Below, piece after piece: positions 1 to 12,679 of a stretch of DNA of 64,000 nucleotides; position 1 is the first letter of the stretch, and each line of letters starts with the position of its first letter. The stretch lies in NCBI RefSeq assembly GCF_006345805.1, contig NC_043009.1:61814001-61878000 (forward strand). Direction: 5' to 3'. The stretch comes from Octopus sinensis (lineage: Eukaryota). The notes beneath the pieces were generated by a model. The model did no database searches and was not told the DNA's origin. It saw nothing but the letters and a program-made list of their open reading frames with translations. Position numbers and translations under genes: made by a program.

Positions 1-1004
1 AATGACTGAAACAAGTAAAAGATAAAAAAAGGTATGAGTATGTGTATAAACCTGGGGTGGAGGTGGGGAAAATGTAATACAGTCTCTGAAGACATTAAAA
101 ATTTGAATAAATTTTTTAAAATACTGCATTTACTTAGGTACATTTTGACCCTGTAATGGGATCTTTATTTTGTGTGCTTAAAAATCAGTATATTTGCCTT
201 CTTTTTGTACCATTTTACCTTCATACCTCACCTCATCTTACCTATCTACTTATCTATTCACCCTGATGGGGAAGCATGAATGTCTATGCTTACTGTGCAA
301 TTTCTGTCACATCATTTTACTATTTCTGTTTTAAATTTGTTAAATTATTTTGTCAAATGTTTTTTCTTCTTCTTCCCATTTCTGTAGAGCTGGCCAGCAT
401 GAATCAACTTGCTAAAATATGAAATATAGAAAATGTTCAAAGATGAACCTTCTTTTTCACTCCAGGGTAATGAGGTAGACACTTAATTGCTCTGAAGTCC
501 TTTACTGATAACATGAAACACATAATAACTTCCTTTCTATCAAAGTAATTATTAATAAATCCAAATTGCCTCTAGAGAGAGCTCTATTACAAACATCCCT
601 TCTTATCAAATAACATTTATAACAGCTTCTAATATAGACGTGTGAGAGAAATTTATAGGGCGGGGGGATAAAAATGACTTCAGTTCTTAACTGGTGCTTC
701 ATTTTATTGCTACCCCTCAGAGGGATGAAAGGCAAAGTTGACCTTGGCAGGATTTGAATTTAAACAATTCTGTTGATCCATTCACCTAATATTAATAATC
801 CTTTCAACAGTAGCCACATTGCTTGAAGTTTTGGGAGAGGATGGAGCGAGTTGATTACATCAACCCCATTGTGAAACTAGTACTTTGTTTCATTGACCCT
901 GAAGGACGAAAAGCAAAGTTGACTTTGGTGGAATTTGGAATTTGGAAAAAAATTTTACTAAGCATTTTATCCAGTATGCTAATGATTCTGCTTGTAAGCT
1001 TCCT

Positions 1005-1290
1005 TCATAATAATAATAATAATAATAATAATATTAATGATAATAATGATAATAATAATAATAATAATAATAATAATCCTTTCTACTGTAGGCACAGGGC
1101 CTGAAATTTGCGGTAGGGGACTAGTTGATTACATCGACCCCAGTGCTCCACTGGTACTTTATTTAATTGACCCCAAAGTGATGAAAAACAAAGTTGATCT
1201 CCGAGTTTTAACTCAGAATGTAAAGACGGATGAAATGCTGCTAAGCATTTTTCCTGGCATGCTACCAATTCTGCCTGCCCACCACTTTAA
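1005..1290 (-). mobile_element. SINE family B copy with long (TTA)n tail; further B fragments at about 640-790 and 870-1000
   Basis: Reverse complement of the B consensus (B-box GAGTTCAAAT-like, GCCTTTCATCCTTT core) next to about 70 nt of (AAT)n. Confidence 0.8.
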
Positions 1291-2086
1291 TAATACTACT
1301 ACTAATAATATGATGATGATGATGATAATTTAGATTGGCTCGATGCCGTACTTTTGTAGGATAATTAATTGGATCAGTTATAACTTATTTTATCTTAGAG
1401 AGAGAGATTTAAGTTAGATTACAATATGAATAGAATTGATCATAAATAATAATAAGGATGCTTATTTAATGAAATTCTACTCTTTTTTTTTTTTCACTGA
1501 AGAAGCTCATTTACATTGGTGAGGATAAACTCAACATATGTTATGCAGCAGAATTATAGTCTACCATATAGTCAGGTCTCATCTCTGACCAACAGATGGT
1601 TTAGAGTTGGAAATCATTAGTGACAGGTAAAATTTGGACAACTTTCTGAATCAGGAGTTAAAAAGATAATGATAATCATCACCAATTCTGACTATAAACT
1701 GTCATTGGTCTGTTGGGACCTGACTGCATGGCAGAATAAGTCTGCTGTGCAACAAGTGTTGGTTTCTTCCTCACCAAACAAAACTTCAAACTGAATGAAA
1801 TTTTCTTGCGAAAGCATTTGAATTTTTACTGAAAACATCTGGCTAGATGGCTGATGGTATCACTGTTTGCTTCTATATTACTTATAATTTTTATAGATAT
1901 ATGAATAAAGCAGTGGGGTGAACCTTTACATAAATTGCTTGATTTGCTAAAATTAATGCCAAATCTTCAAGTCACAAAAAAAAAAAGACCCATTGGATTG
2001 GATGGTGTAGTCATGAATATACAAAAATATGGGATCAATGCTCTTGATTATGGGTCTATTCAATAAATGTCAATCAATCTATCATC

Positions 2087-2285
2087 ATCGTTTAACGTCC
2101 GCTTTCCATGCTAGCATGGGTTGGACGATTTGACTGAGGACTGGCGAACCAGATGGCTTGCACCAGGCTCCAATCTGGTCTGGCAGAGTTTCTACAACTG
2201 GATGTCCTTCCTAGCACCAACCACTCCGAGAGTGTAGTGTGTACTTTTACGTGTCACCGGCACGAGGGCCAGTCAGGCAGTACAT
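2087..2285 (-). mobile_element. Family A (RTE 3'-end-derived) short repeat
   Basis: catcatcgtttaacgtccgctttccatgctagcatgggttggacg... motif recurs more than 12 times in the window; (GAT)n tail in element orientation. Confidence 0.85.
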
Positions 2286-4152
2286 CTAGACTTATAATAA
2301 CATAGCTATGAAGAACATTACTTCAATTTTGTCTGTGTGGTAAGGAAGTTTGCTTCTCAACGACATGGTTTGTGTTCAGTCTCACTGCGTAGCTCTATGA
2401 GCAAATGTCTCTTACTATAGCCCTGGGCTGACCAACGCCCTGTGATTGGATTTGATAGCTGGAAACTGAAAGAAGTCTGTCATGTGTGTATATATATATA
2501 TGTGTGTGTGTGTGTGTACATGTGTGAATTACTGTCTCCGTCTTGACATGTGATAATGTCGCTGTCATGCAGACAGTGTCTTTCATTTTCAATCTTTCAT
2601 GAAAATATCTCTGGTTATGGGACAAAAACACCTTACTTGGGAACAGGTGATGGTTGGTGGCAGGAAGGGTATTCAGTTGTAGAAAATCTGCTTCACCAAA
2701 TTCTGACTGAATTTGCATAGGTAAAACATGGAAAAGTGGACATTAATAAATGATGAAATGAAATGAGTTGAATTGTTATATTTGTTTGATACAAAGATAT
2801 TCAATGCACATCTACAGATGATGGCACTGGGGAAATAAGCAACAGCACTACAGAATACTTAATTTTAACTAGAATTGAACCTTCACCTTATGTTTTACAT
2901 TGAACATTAATATAGAAGGTGGTGGTGGGTGTTTTTTTTCTCATGCTTACTATGGAGAATACTAAACTTGAATTTTATTTAAACTTTTGCCCTGTACCTA
3001 ACATCGACAAACAAATAACAAGCTGTAATCCAAAGTGAACAAAATGTAAACTATTCCACCAGATCGAAAAACGGAAAAGGAAAATGATGTCATGTAAATG
3101 ATTACTAATGATTCTAAAATTATTTAATGTAGTAATGATGCAAAATTAGCATATTTCCTATGAATCCTCTGTGGTTGATCCACATGATCTGTATATTACT
3201 GGCTTTGCTTTTATGCAGGACACTGCATATGTATGAGAGTGCGTGAGTGCAGAGAGAGAGAAAGAGAAGGAGGGGCGTAAACGAAGAGGTTTTAATTCTC
3301 TGCGGAGATATAGTCACACAGTTAATACTTATATTTGGCTGTGTTTCATTTTTTTTCTTTTTCATTCTTTTTTTTCTTATTGATTCTGAAATGCATCCAG
3401 AGTTGATAACGATAATGTTACAGACATTTTTGCATTTTAGGGCTTAGTGTTAAATAAGACCGATAAAAACCAGAACTATAAAATCGTTTTTATATTTTTA
3501 AGAATTAAAAGGGTTGAGTGTTAGATAGGTTCTTCAAATCTATGTAGATTGTCATTTGGCCTCCGGCTGTTTCCAAAGCTTTTCCACCCTGTGTAAATGT
3601 GCCTATTTTTGCTGTACCTTTTTCTTTTCAGGGGCAGGGGTTTAGCCAGATAACTGATGGATAAACAGGCTGAAAAGAACCAGTGATGTCTGTTGATGTC
3701 TAAAATATTTCATTGCTACACAAACTCCAAGTTCTACACTATCAGCATCTGTCGCTGATACACATGTCACCAATCACACTGCACATTTGTAATATGATCA
3801 CCACCCAGCAAAAATAAAGCAGCTAACATACTTTACACGACAGAAAGAGGCTAAAATATCTACAGAAACAATAAACCAAACCCCACAACAAAGCAAAACT
3901 GAGTTTACAAGACACCCTGTATCATCTTTGAAATGACCTTATTCTATAGATTTAGGGATTCAGTACAGTACTCGGTGTAAACAATGGCCACATTAAAGAC
4001 AGTGGAACACCTGATTTTCTAAGTGGCAGAACTATAACTTAAGTGTATTTGATGTGCAAGTGTAGTTTGCAGTAGGAACAGCCTTGGAATAATTACAATA
4101 GATTGCTCTGATGGCTTGTTTGGTTTTCCTAGGCGGTGAAATTATTGTTTAA

Positions 4153-4752
4153 CCCTTTAGTATTGATTATTCTGTCAAATGTAATGTCTATTTATTTATC
4201 ATCATCATCATCGTTTAACATCCGTTTTCCATGCTGGCATGGGTTGGACAGTTCGACTGGGGCCGGGAAGCCAGGAAGCTGCACCAGGCTCCAGTCTGAT
4301 CTGGCAGTATTTCTACAGCTGGATGCCCTTCCTAACACCAACCACTCTGAGTGTAGTGGGTGCTTTTTACATGCCACCTGCACAGGTGCCAGATGGGGCT
4401 GGCAAACGGCCACGGACGGATGGTGCTTTTTACGTGCCACCTGCACAGGTGCATATATATGAAGTTAAATATATGTCCACTCATAGAATGACCAATGGCT
4501 TTGCATCCATATTGTGCTTAGTTTTATAGATAACTTGTCAGACTCCAATGGTCATGTGCATATCCATATATTTAACTTCATATTGTTTTGAATTAATTAT
4601 GCATCATCTTGTAGTTTAGAGATTTCAGTGATGTGATTGTGTAGTTTTAGAATGACATTGTAGGGTAGGTATGAGAGGCCAGATCTGGTCAGTTGCAATA
4701 TAAAACGGGGTAAATATTTTGGCTGAATATGGCCAGTTTGAATGCTAAGGGG
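4153..4752. mobile_element. piggyBac-like MITE (family E) interrupted by a family A copy (about 4198-4450) and a 121-bp inverted-repeat insert
   Basis: TTAA-CCCTTTAG start and CTAAGGGG-CTAA end; internal sequence shared with the copy at 9922-10141. Confidence 0.75.
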
Positions 4753-4849
4753 CTAAACAACTACAGCTGCAGAGAAGAATGTAGCTTGATCTATATACTT
4801 CTAGTATCTCTGTAATAAGAGAAAAAATAAAATATTTAACAATTTTTCT

Positions 4850-5265
4850 CTTTATTTTGTAAATTATCAGAATTTAATTACAAGGAAGCAAAGAAACAGA
4901 CAAAGAAAAAAAGTGGTGGTGGTGGGGGGAATTAAGCAGCAGAAGATGAAAGGGAGAGGGAGCAACGAGCCTCACACCTCAGAACAAATGGTGTGTTCAG
5001 CTGCACCCTGTGGTCATGGCCGCAATAGTGATGCAGTGGAGAAAGGCCAGCGACATTCATTGTGGCAGCCATTCTACCTTGTGGGGCTAATTTCTCAGAT
5101 GGTCACTGTTAACCCGATTATGCAGGTGAAAACGGTAGCACTGGCTCCAAGAACACCTGAGGTTTCAATGGCGACCAGCACAAACTGATAGCCATCAGTC
5201 AAGCCCCTACATTTAATTATTTCCTCTTCCATTTGCAGTTGAACTGCATAATTAAACTTTATAAC
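4850..5265 (-). mobile_element. 3' relic of a CRE-like (restriction-like endonuclease) non-LTR retrotransposon
   Basis: Minus strand reads IKCRGLTDGYQFVLVAIETSGVLG, resembling the KY..L....F.P.A.ET.G..G RLE motif; homologous copy at about 11250-11556; AATAAA near the 3' end. Confidence 0.65.
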
Positions 5266-5499
5266 ATCCTTTGTTTTCTTGATCATTGATCATGCTTGAT
5301 TGTTTCCACTAGTTTTTTGGAACCTTTTAGAAGCGTTAACCTGGAAACCAATGTTCGCATTGATTATCCGTTTGAGATTATGTAATTCAATTAAACTAGC
5401 TGTAGTTATTTTCAATTTTGTATACAATAAGAATTCAGAGTTTACTACATAAAGAGCATTAGATCAACATCATCATCATCATCATCATTATTATTTAAG

Positions 5500-5720
5500 G
5501 TTGGGAGCTGGCAGAAACATTAGCATGCTGGGTGAAATGCTTAGTGACATTTTGTCCATCTTTTCATTCTGAGTTCAAATTCCACCAGGGTCAACTTTGC
5601 CCTTCATCCTTTTATGGGTTGATAAATTAAGTGCCAGTGAAACACAGGGCTTGATGTAATTGACTAGTCCCTTCCTCCGAAATTTTAGACCTTGTACCTT
5701 TAGTAGAAGGAATTATTATT
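5500..5720 (+). mobile_element. SINE family B, tail type 2 with (TTA)n
   Basis: gagctggcagaaacattagc head, gagttcaaattcc B-box, ends ccttgtacctttagtagaaggaattattatt. Confidence 0.85.
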
Positions 5721-6265
5721 ATTATTATAGAATTGGTGGTGTGTTAAATTTAATTCCTTGCACTATCCAGTTGTCTGTTTAAGTTTCTGTGTTCAATCTG
5801 CTATAGTTGATTTTGTCACTCCTCCATCTGGGATCAATAAGTATCAGTCATGTACTTGGTTTGATCTAATCAAGGGTACCCATCCCAAACGTTTTGGTCT
5901 TATGACTAAGTTAGCAATTATTATTGTCATTAAGATGATAAAGTGACAGAAATTGTAGCACACTAAACTAAATTCCAAACATCATTTAGTTTTGCTCTAA
6001 ACATTCTGAGTTCAATCTTACCAGAATCAAATCTGCCTCTCATTTTCTAGGGTTGATGTATGTGTGCAGTGTTCACTTTGTTCACTTTTGGGGATGTAGG
6101 CTTATGTTTCTATGCTAATTCAGTTTTGGTTTGTTGTTTCTGGTGCTATTTTGGTCTTTCTGTTGTGTAAACTATGTGCAGTATTGGTTGTGTTATTTTG
6201 TTGCTTCATGATTATGTTTCATATGTGCAGTATAATTGGTGTTATGTGTTCTAATGTTGGAGAGT

Positions 6266-6429
6266 CATCATCATCATCATTGTTCGACCGTGGTCGAGAC
6301 TTTCATAGTCTTTTCAAATGGCTAATAATGTGTGCGCGCGCCACTACTACACACATTGGAAAGCATTGTACAACCAAGTACTAAAGAAGATCTTTCCTCC
6401 TCCATGAAACAAAGCTGTTCCCGCTGGAC
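6266..6429 (-). mobile_element. 164-bp retroposed insert with (GAT)n tail and 10-bp TSD
   Basis: GTTGGAGAGT at 6256-6265 and 6430-6439 flanks a CpG-rich insert starting with (CAT)5. Confidence 0.7.
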
Positions 6430-6719
6430 GTTGGAGAGTGCTTGTGTTAAATGTGCAATCTGTATTGCATTAACGTGTTGCAACCACATAGAATGTGAGT
6501 TCTAGCACCAGGTGTCTGTTATATAAGAGTATGTATTGTGTTTATTGGATGATGGTTGTGTAGGCTGTTTGTTGTGGTTATGTAGAGGAATTATTTGTTG
6601 TGGTCATGCTAGAGATAGTATTACTTTAGACTGAAGTGGTTATATTGGGGACACTATCAATTTACATTAGTGGTGGTGGTTATGTTAGGAACTGTCATTT
6701 TAAACTATAAAATGAGATC

Positions 6720-6940
6720 ATGTGGCTGTTGCCAGCCTCGCCTGGCCCCTGTGCCGGTGGCATGTAAAAAGCACCCACTACACTCACTGAGTGGTTGGCA
6801 TTAGGAAGGGCATCCAGCCGTAGAAACATTGCCAGATCAGACTGGGCCTAGTGCAGCCTTCTGGCTTCCCAGACCCCAGTTGAACCGTCCAACCCATGCT
6901 AGCATGGAAAGCGGCCGCTAATCGATGATGATGATGATGT
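6720..6940 (+). mobile_element. Family A copy
   Basis: ggtggcatgtaaaaagcacc...ccaacccatgctagcatggaaagcgg...gatgatgatgatg. Confidence 0.85.
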
Positions 6941-9496
6941 TGAGGACATTACTATTTTAGAAGGGAATGATCATAATGGAAACACTATCATCATAAATTG
7001 CTGTTGAGGGCCTTACCATTTTTGAATTGGTTGAGGTTATGCTGGGGTCACTGCTATTTTAGATTGTTGTATTTATATTAGAGACATTGCCTTTTAAACT
7101 GTTATCAGGATCATGGTAGGAAAATGATTATATTAAATTTTTAGGATGGTGGTAGTGATTGTTTATATTGATGGTCATTAAGAATAATGTAATTCTAGGA
7201 AAGGAGCGATTAACGCATTTGAAGGAAAAAATGGAATATATTGTTTGTAATGGTTTCAGATTTTGGTACAAGACCAGCAATTTCAGGTCATTTACATTGA
7301 CCCCACATCCCAGTGTTTAACTGGTGCTTAATTTATTGATCCTGAAAGGATGAAAGGCAAAGTTGACCTTGGCAGAATTTGAACTCAGAATGTAAAGATG
7401 GATAAAATGCTGCTAAGCACTTCCTCCAGTATGCTAATGATTCTGTGAGCTTACTGCCTTTTTGTTTGTAAAAGGAATATATACTATGGCAGCAGGAAGT
7501 GAATTGGCAGAGCCATTTGTGCATTAGATAGAATGCTTTGTGATATTTGTTTTAGTTCTCTGCAGTCTGAGTTCAAAACCATGCCAAGTTCAACTTTTCC
7601 TTTCATCTTTTTGTGATTGATATAGTAACAATCCAGATTAGTGGATTGGCAAACTTCCAAGAGTGTCGGATGGGTTACTTTATGGTATCTGTTCTAGCTC
7701 TGATGGCAAAGCCTGCTATGATACTGATACCAAGCTTTATTAAGCCCTTGCCTTTCCTTTGGACAACTGAGAAGAGGGAAGACTTGACTGCTGGTCTTCC
7801 ATGAAAAGCCTTTTGTAGGCCTGCACCTTTGATAGGAACTTTCTAGGTGCATGTTCATGGTCTCACAAGACATCCTGAAGCCCCAGTGACAGGAGGAATA
7901 GCAGTGATGTTTATTAACTGGTTTTAGGCAATGTTTTGAGAGAAGCAGGGAATGGTTGTAGTCATGGCAAAAGACAAAGACAGTGATGTCATAACATGAT
8001 GGTGATTCACTCCATGTGGAGTGTTGGTTCATGGAGAATATCTTCTGAGGGATTGACTTCTGTCCCCTGTGTTTGGATGCATGTGTATGTGTTGGAAGAT
8101 GCACACTTTTAAGCTTCTATCTCCTGCAAATCCTAAAAGTCTTTGTAATAAGATAAGTTTGTGTGTTGTGAGATGAGGTGAAATCTAATATTTAGATAGG
8201 AGCCTTCTCTGAAAATGTGGAGTGAGATAGAGACAAAGCTAAGCTATCTTCACTCATTGATAACAATTTAACAAATCTGGACAGGTTAAAATATGAGAAT
8301 AAAATGACCGAGAAGTTGTTTTTTAGCCTTGGGTCAACCCTAACTGAACAAATCTTTGATTAAAGGTACGACCATCTCATCTTTTTCTTATGTACAGTAA
8401 AACCAACTCTTCATTATCTAACATGTACTTTTTATAAGATGATAGGGTCTGGTTTGGCTACTGTTTCTAGCATATGAAGCAACCATGTAGAAGCTCTCTT
8501 GTTGCTTAATAATGATTGAAGTAGAGGTGATAGGTGTAGTTTGTAAGATGAATCATAGTAAAGTGGGTGCTAGCTTACTTGATAAGGTGAACCGAATAAT
8601 TTGAATAAAAATTATACCCTTAATCATGAGAGCAATCATTTTCTAAATGACTAATTGTGGTCAATAACTAAATAAATAAATAAAGAGTAGGAAAAACAAC
8701 CCCATCAAATTTTTATTCATTAAAATTAATTAAATGCTGTTTTGTAGGGTAAGATGAATAGTTATGTAGCCAGGTTGTCTGTCATAACGAGTAACTTTGT
8801 GCTTGGGTTTTGTTAACTTTATTGAAGTGAGTGGGTGAATGACATCAGGAAATAATGACTAAATCTTAATCCCCCTTGCTTGCATTAAGCAGAAATATAA
8901 TAATAAAGCAAGTATTAGAAACAAAAAGTACAGAAAAAAAAAAGAATTGTAAAGAAACTTCCCAGTCATAGAAAATACAGATCTAGTTTGTTTGCTAGTT
9001 GAGCTGGATGTGCTGGTTGACCTCTCCTAAACTTCCCACACCTGTTCTATTATGTTAATCCTTCCACCCACTTTCAGTACACAATAGAAGGCTGTATAGA
9101 CTTTTCTGGCTCTTCCCCTGTACCTTCCCTTAATCTCACCCTTTAAACATTACAATTCGAACCACCAAGGCTACTATAATAACTAATTTCATAATCACTG
9201 CTACCACTTTCTTCGAACTGTCCACCCACCACCACCACCACCAATACAATCAAATCCCCTTAACCACCTTTTATCACAATCATTGCTACCTGTGGTCACT
9301 CAACCTGCTAGAAATAGCAACCAAATTGCACCCAACAATTTTTAAGTAGGAAGGACAACTCATGCTTATAAAACTATGTTGATCATGACTGGAATCCCTT
9401 TGATTATAGGTTTGCTTAATCAAGCTGACCTGGGGCTGAACAATGGCAACAAAGGCCCCCACTTCTCATCACTATCGTCATGGTACACATAATATA

Positions 9497-9910
9497 CAGC
9501 GGTATCATTTAATTTAATGTTTCTCGACCATTTTTTTACACATGGGCCCTTCTGATTCTTATTATTTTGCTCAATGGACCATTCGATGTTTTAAAAATCC
9601 TATTATATTTTTGTAATTAAATATTGTTAGGAATTGTATAAAAACAAATATCAAAATATTTTGTGTATTATTCTTTTACTCTTTTACTTGTTTCAGTCAT
9701 TTGACTGTGGCCATGCTGGAGCACCGCCTTTAGTTGAACAAATTGACACCAGAACTTATTCTATCAGTCTCTTTTGCCGAACCGCTAAGTTACGGTGACG
9801 TAAACACACCAGCATCGGTTGTCAAGTATTACCAATTTATTACACATGAGTTTTAACAAAGCCTTGTATGGACCCCTAGGGGTCATGTGGACCATAGTTG
9901 AGAACCACTG
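9497..9910. mobile_element. hAT-like MITE with a nested SINE C 3' fragment (about 9671-9825, minus strand)
   Basis: Internal sequence matches 28422-28654; right end gttgagaaccactg; the insert is the reverse complement of the family C tail. Confidence 0.7.
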
Positions 9911-9921
9911 ACTTAATTTAA

Positions 9922-10141
9922 CCCTTTAGTATTTGGATTACTCTGTCAAATGTAATGCTTGGTTATTCACAATGTTTTGAATTAATCATGTATTATCTCA
10001 TAGCTTCAAAATTTCGACGATGTGATTGTTTACTTTTCAAATGACATTGTAGGGTAGGTGTGAGAGGCTGGATCTAATCAGTTTGAACATAAAGCAAGTA
10101 GGATATTTTGGTCAGGTGTGGCTGGTTTAAATGCTAAAGGG
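9922..10141. mobile_element. piggyBac-like MITE family E (about 220 bp)
   Basis: TTAA|CCCTTTAGTATT ... AATGCTAAAGGG|CCAA; other copies at 29381-29594, 39343-39540, 52973-53180 and about 24650-24842. Confidence 0.8.
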
Positions 10142-10919
10142 CCAAAGAGAATAGCATACTGATGATTAAATGTTGTTTTTTTTTCCTCCATGTAATCATG
10201 ATACAGACTATATGTGAGTCAAAAAATAATTCTTTTGGATCATTTTGGTTTGACACACCAAACCTAATTTCTTTGAAAATCTCTACACCAGTGTAGTTTT
10301 CATGCTAATTACAAAAATGCTTACCATTTTTCAAAATTAATAATAAAATAGCTATGCACCTTTAAAAAAAAAATTGAAAGATTTTTTTTAGAATTTCAGC
10401 CAATCTCAATACTCCAAAATTGGAATTGTCATTGCTCCCTTAGCATTGAAGGAAACTTCTACATGGTAGTTAAATGTGGGAGAAATAGTAGCCAAATCTC
10501 TTAAAAACAAAAGGTATTTGATTGATTTGCTAGAAATAGAGAAATATTTTGCAAATTACTGTTGGATGAAGACTGACCTGTGGTTAAACAATAACAATAG
10601 CACCACCACCAACACTATCTGGTAGCTGTAGTGATGGTTTAAAGGCGATGGTGGTGGTATTATGTATAACCTCACCACCATCACTACCACCAGATCTGCT
10701 TCCACCACTGCAATGACAACAGCAACCACTGCAACAATCTCCAAAACCACCACTACCTCCATGAAAATTAACACAACCACTACAAAATCATTGATTTGGT
10801 TGTTGTCATTGTGGTAGTTGCAGTGGTGGTGATAGTAGTAAGGTTTCATACACTATACCACCACCATCACTCCTACCTAAACCATCTCTATAACCACCAG
10901 ATAGTAGTAGTAGTAGTAT

Positions 10920-11080
10920 TGTTATTGTTTAGCCCCAGGTCAGTCCTCATCCAGCACTGATATAAAGGATACTTCTCAGCTATCTCTATCATGTTAATTG
11001 AACACCTTTCATTTTAGGATAATAGGCTGTGATTTGAAGGAGATTTGGCTGCTACCTCTGGCAGGTCAAGCTAACATGTT
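10920..11080 (-). mobile_element. Family F SINE-like repeat with (AAC)n tail; fragments also at about 8320-8500, 9290-9455, 14575-14660, 15050-15165, 18250-18440, 22290-22400, 39550-39720, 41030-41470, 58690-58950, 63455-63540
   Basis: Recurrent motifs tttagccccaggtcag...gacctatgatcaaag and gatttgagggagatttggctgctatttctagcagg. Confidence 0.7.
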
Positions 11081-11249
11081 GAAGTGTCTGGCTACTGATT
11101 GAGACATATGGCAATTCTGACTTCCAGCATGTTGAGATTGGCTGCATCAGATTGGTTGAAATTCTAAAACATTTAAATCATTAAGCATTTGTGACTTTTT
11201 TTTATTATTAATTTATTTCTCCAAAATAATGGTTATGATTTCCCTAATT

Positions 11250-11556
11250 GTAGTTTTATTTATGTAAAGATTAAATCACACTTTAAATACAAGGAAACAA
11301 AGAAAAAGAAACAAAAGGAGGGAATTAAGTAGCAGAAGATGGGGGTGGGGTACGGAGCACACCTCAGAACAAATGGCATTGTTGTGGAGAATGGCAGAAA
11401 TATTTGCTGCACCTTGTGTGGGTTTATTTCTCAGTCAGGCCACAGTTGTCCTGATTTTGCAGAGGAAATTGGCAATGCAGGGTCTGCAAACACTTGAGGT
11501 CTCGACAGTGACCAGCACAAACTGATAGGGGTCAGTTAAGCTCTTATGTTTCCTTA
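11250..11556 (-). mobile_element. Second CRE-like RLE relic, cut at its 5' side by a family A copy (11560-11700)
   Basis: Minus strand reads KHKSLTDPYQFVLVTVETSSV; shares the 3'UTR (ggaattaagtagcagaagat, cacctcagaacaaatgg) with 4850-5265. Confidence 0.65.
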
Positions 11557-11944
11557 ATTCATCATCATCATCGTTTAATGTCCGCTTTCCATACTAGCAT
11601 GGGTTAGACGATTTTGACTGAGGGCTGGCGAACCACCAGGCTTCAATCTTGATCTGGCAGAGTTTCTACTGCTGGATGCCCTTCCTAACGCCAACCACTA
11701 AATTGGCATGGAAAACTACATCTGTGTAGAAAATTTTAGGCAAATCAAATCTGTAATGTCAAACTGAAAAGATGTCATGTTTGTTCCGATTGTGTTCTGT
11801 GTTCTAGTGCTACTGAGGACAACTTTGCCTCTCATCTTTTGGGGTCAATAAAAAAAAAGTACTAATCCAATATATTGGATTGGAAGGACTGTAAGAACAT
11901 CATAACAGACACTTTGTGGTACTTGTTCCAGCTCTTTGTGTTCT

Positions 11945-12210
11945 GGGTGGTGGAGACACGTGGCTTAGTGGTTAGGGTGTTGGACACATGATTGTAAGAT
12001 TGTGGTTTCAGTTCTTGGACTGGGTAATACATTGTGTTCTTGAGCAAAACACTTCATTTCACATTGCTCCAGTCCACTTAGCTGGCAAAAATGAGTACTT
12101 CCTGCAATGGTCTAGTGTCCCATCCAGGTGGCGAATATATATGCCATGAAAACCCGGAAACTGACCCTTATGAGTCAGTATGATTCAAGAAGGTAACTTT
12201 GCTTTACTAC
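11945..12210 (+). mobile_element. tRNA-headed SINE family D
   Basis: A-box-like tggcttagtggttag, then core gtgttcttgagcaaaacacttcatttcacattgctccagtccac; copies at 26598-26910, 28795-29060, 31105-31410, 48760-48905 (-), 60500-60825 (-). Confidence 0.8.
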
Positions 12211-12679
12211 ATGGGTAGTGGACTTAATCTGTTTCCTTGTTTAACATGAGCTCCTGCATCTTGAGTGTCTTTCGTTAAATCCATTCTGTTGCAAACATTC
12301 AGACCAAGTTCTTGGTTTGAAGGTACCTTCCTCTCTCCCTTCTATCAGACTTAGAAACTCTACAAAGGGTCTTGATGGGACAGGGTAGGGGTGGTGAATA
12401 GATGATTGTACAAACGAAAGAGAAGACCACTCACCACATTACTAAAAGTCTCACCTATTTAAACATTTCATCTGATCATTCAGACACATCAATATTGAAT
12501 GATAAGGCAGCCATGGCTTCTGAATAGGGCTGATTGTCACTGAACAATAAGTAAGACTTGCTCCCATTGGCCATTTCAGGTTGTATGGTAGAATTGGTAT
12601 ATCAGTAATTGCTGGTAGAGTGGCAGAAACTCTCTTGTAGTGGTTAGGCATAATCTTTCTTGCTTTTGTTAGAAATTCT

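Noticed and set aside
823-1333. Poly-Asn and poly-Ile ORFs, and the many [12 protein letters not shown] ORFs elsewhere (e.g. 41922-42634, 53713-54117)
   Set aside because: These are translations of (AAT)n, (TG)n and (TA)n microsatellites and SINE bodies, not genes.
11945-12030. tRNA genes at the SINE B, C and D heads
   Set aside because: Only A-box and B-box remnants are present, with no complete cloverleaf, and each runs into a SINE core.
12240-12660. Possible integrase relic on the minus strand (FSDNQP..., PYH...LNR)
   Set aside because: The motifs are in different frames and far too close together for an rve domain; not supportable.
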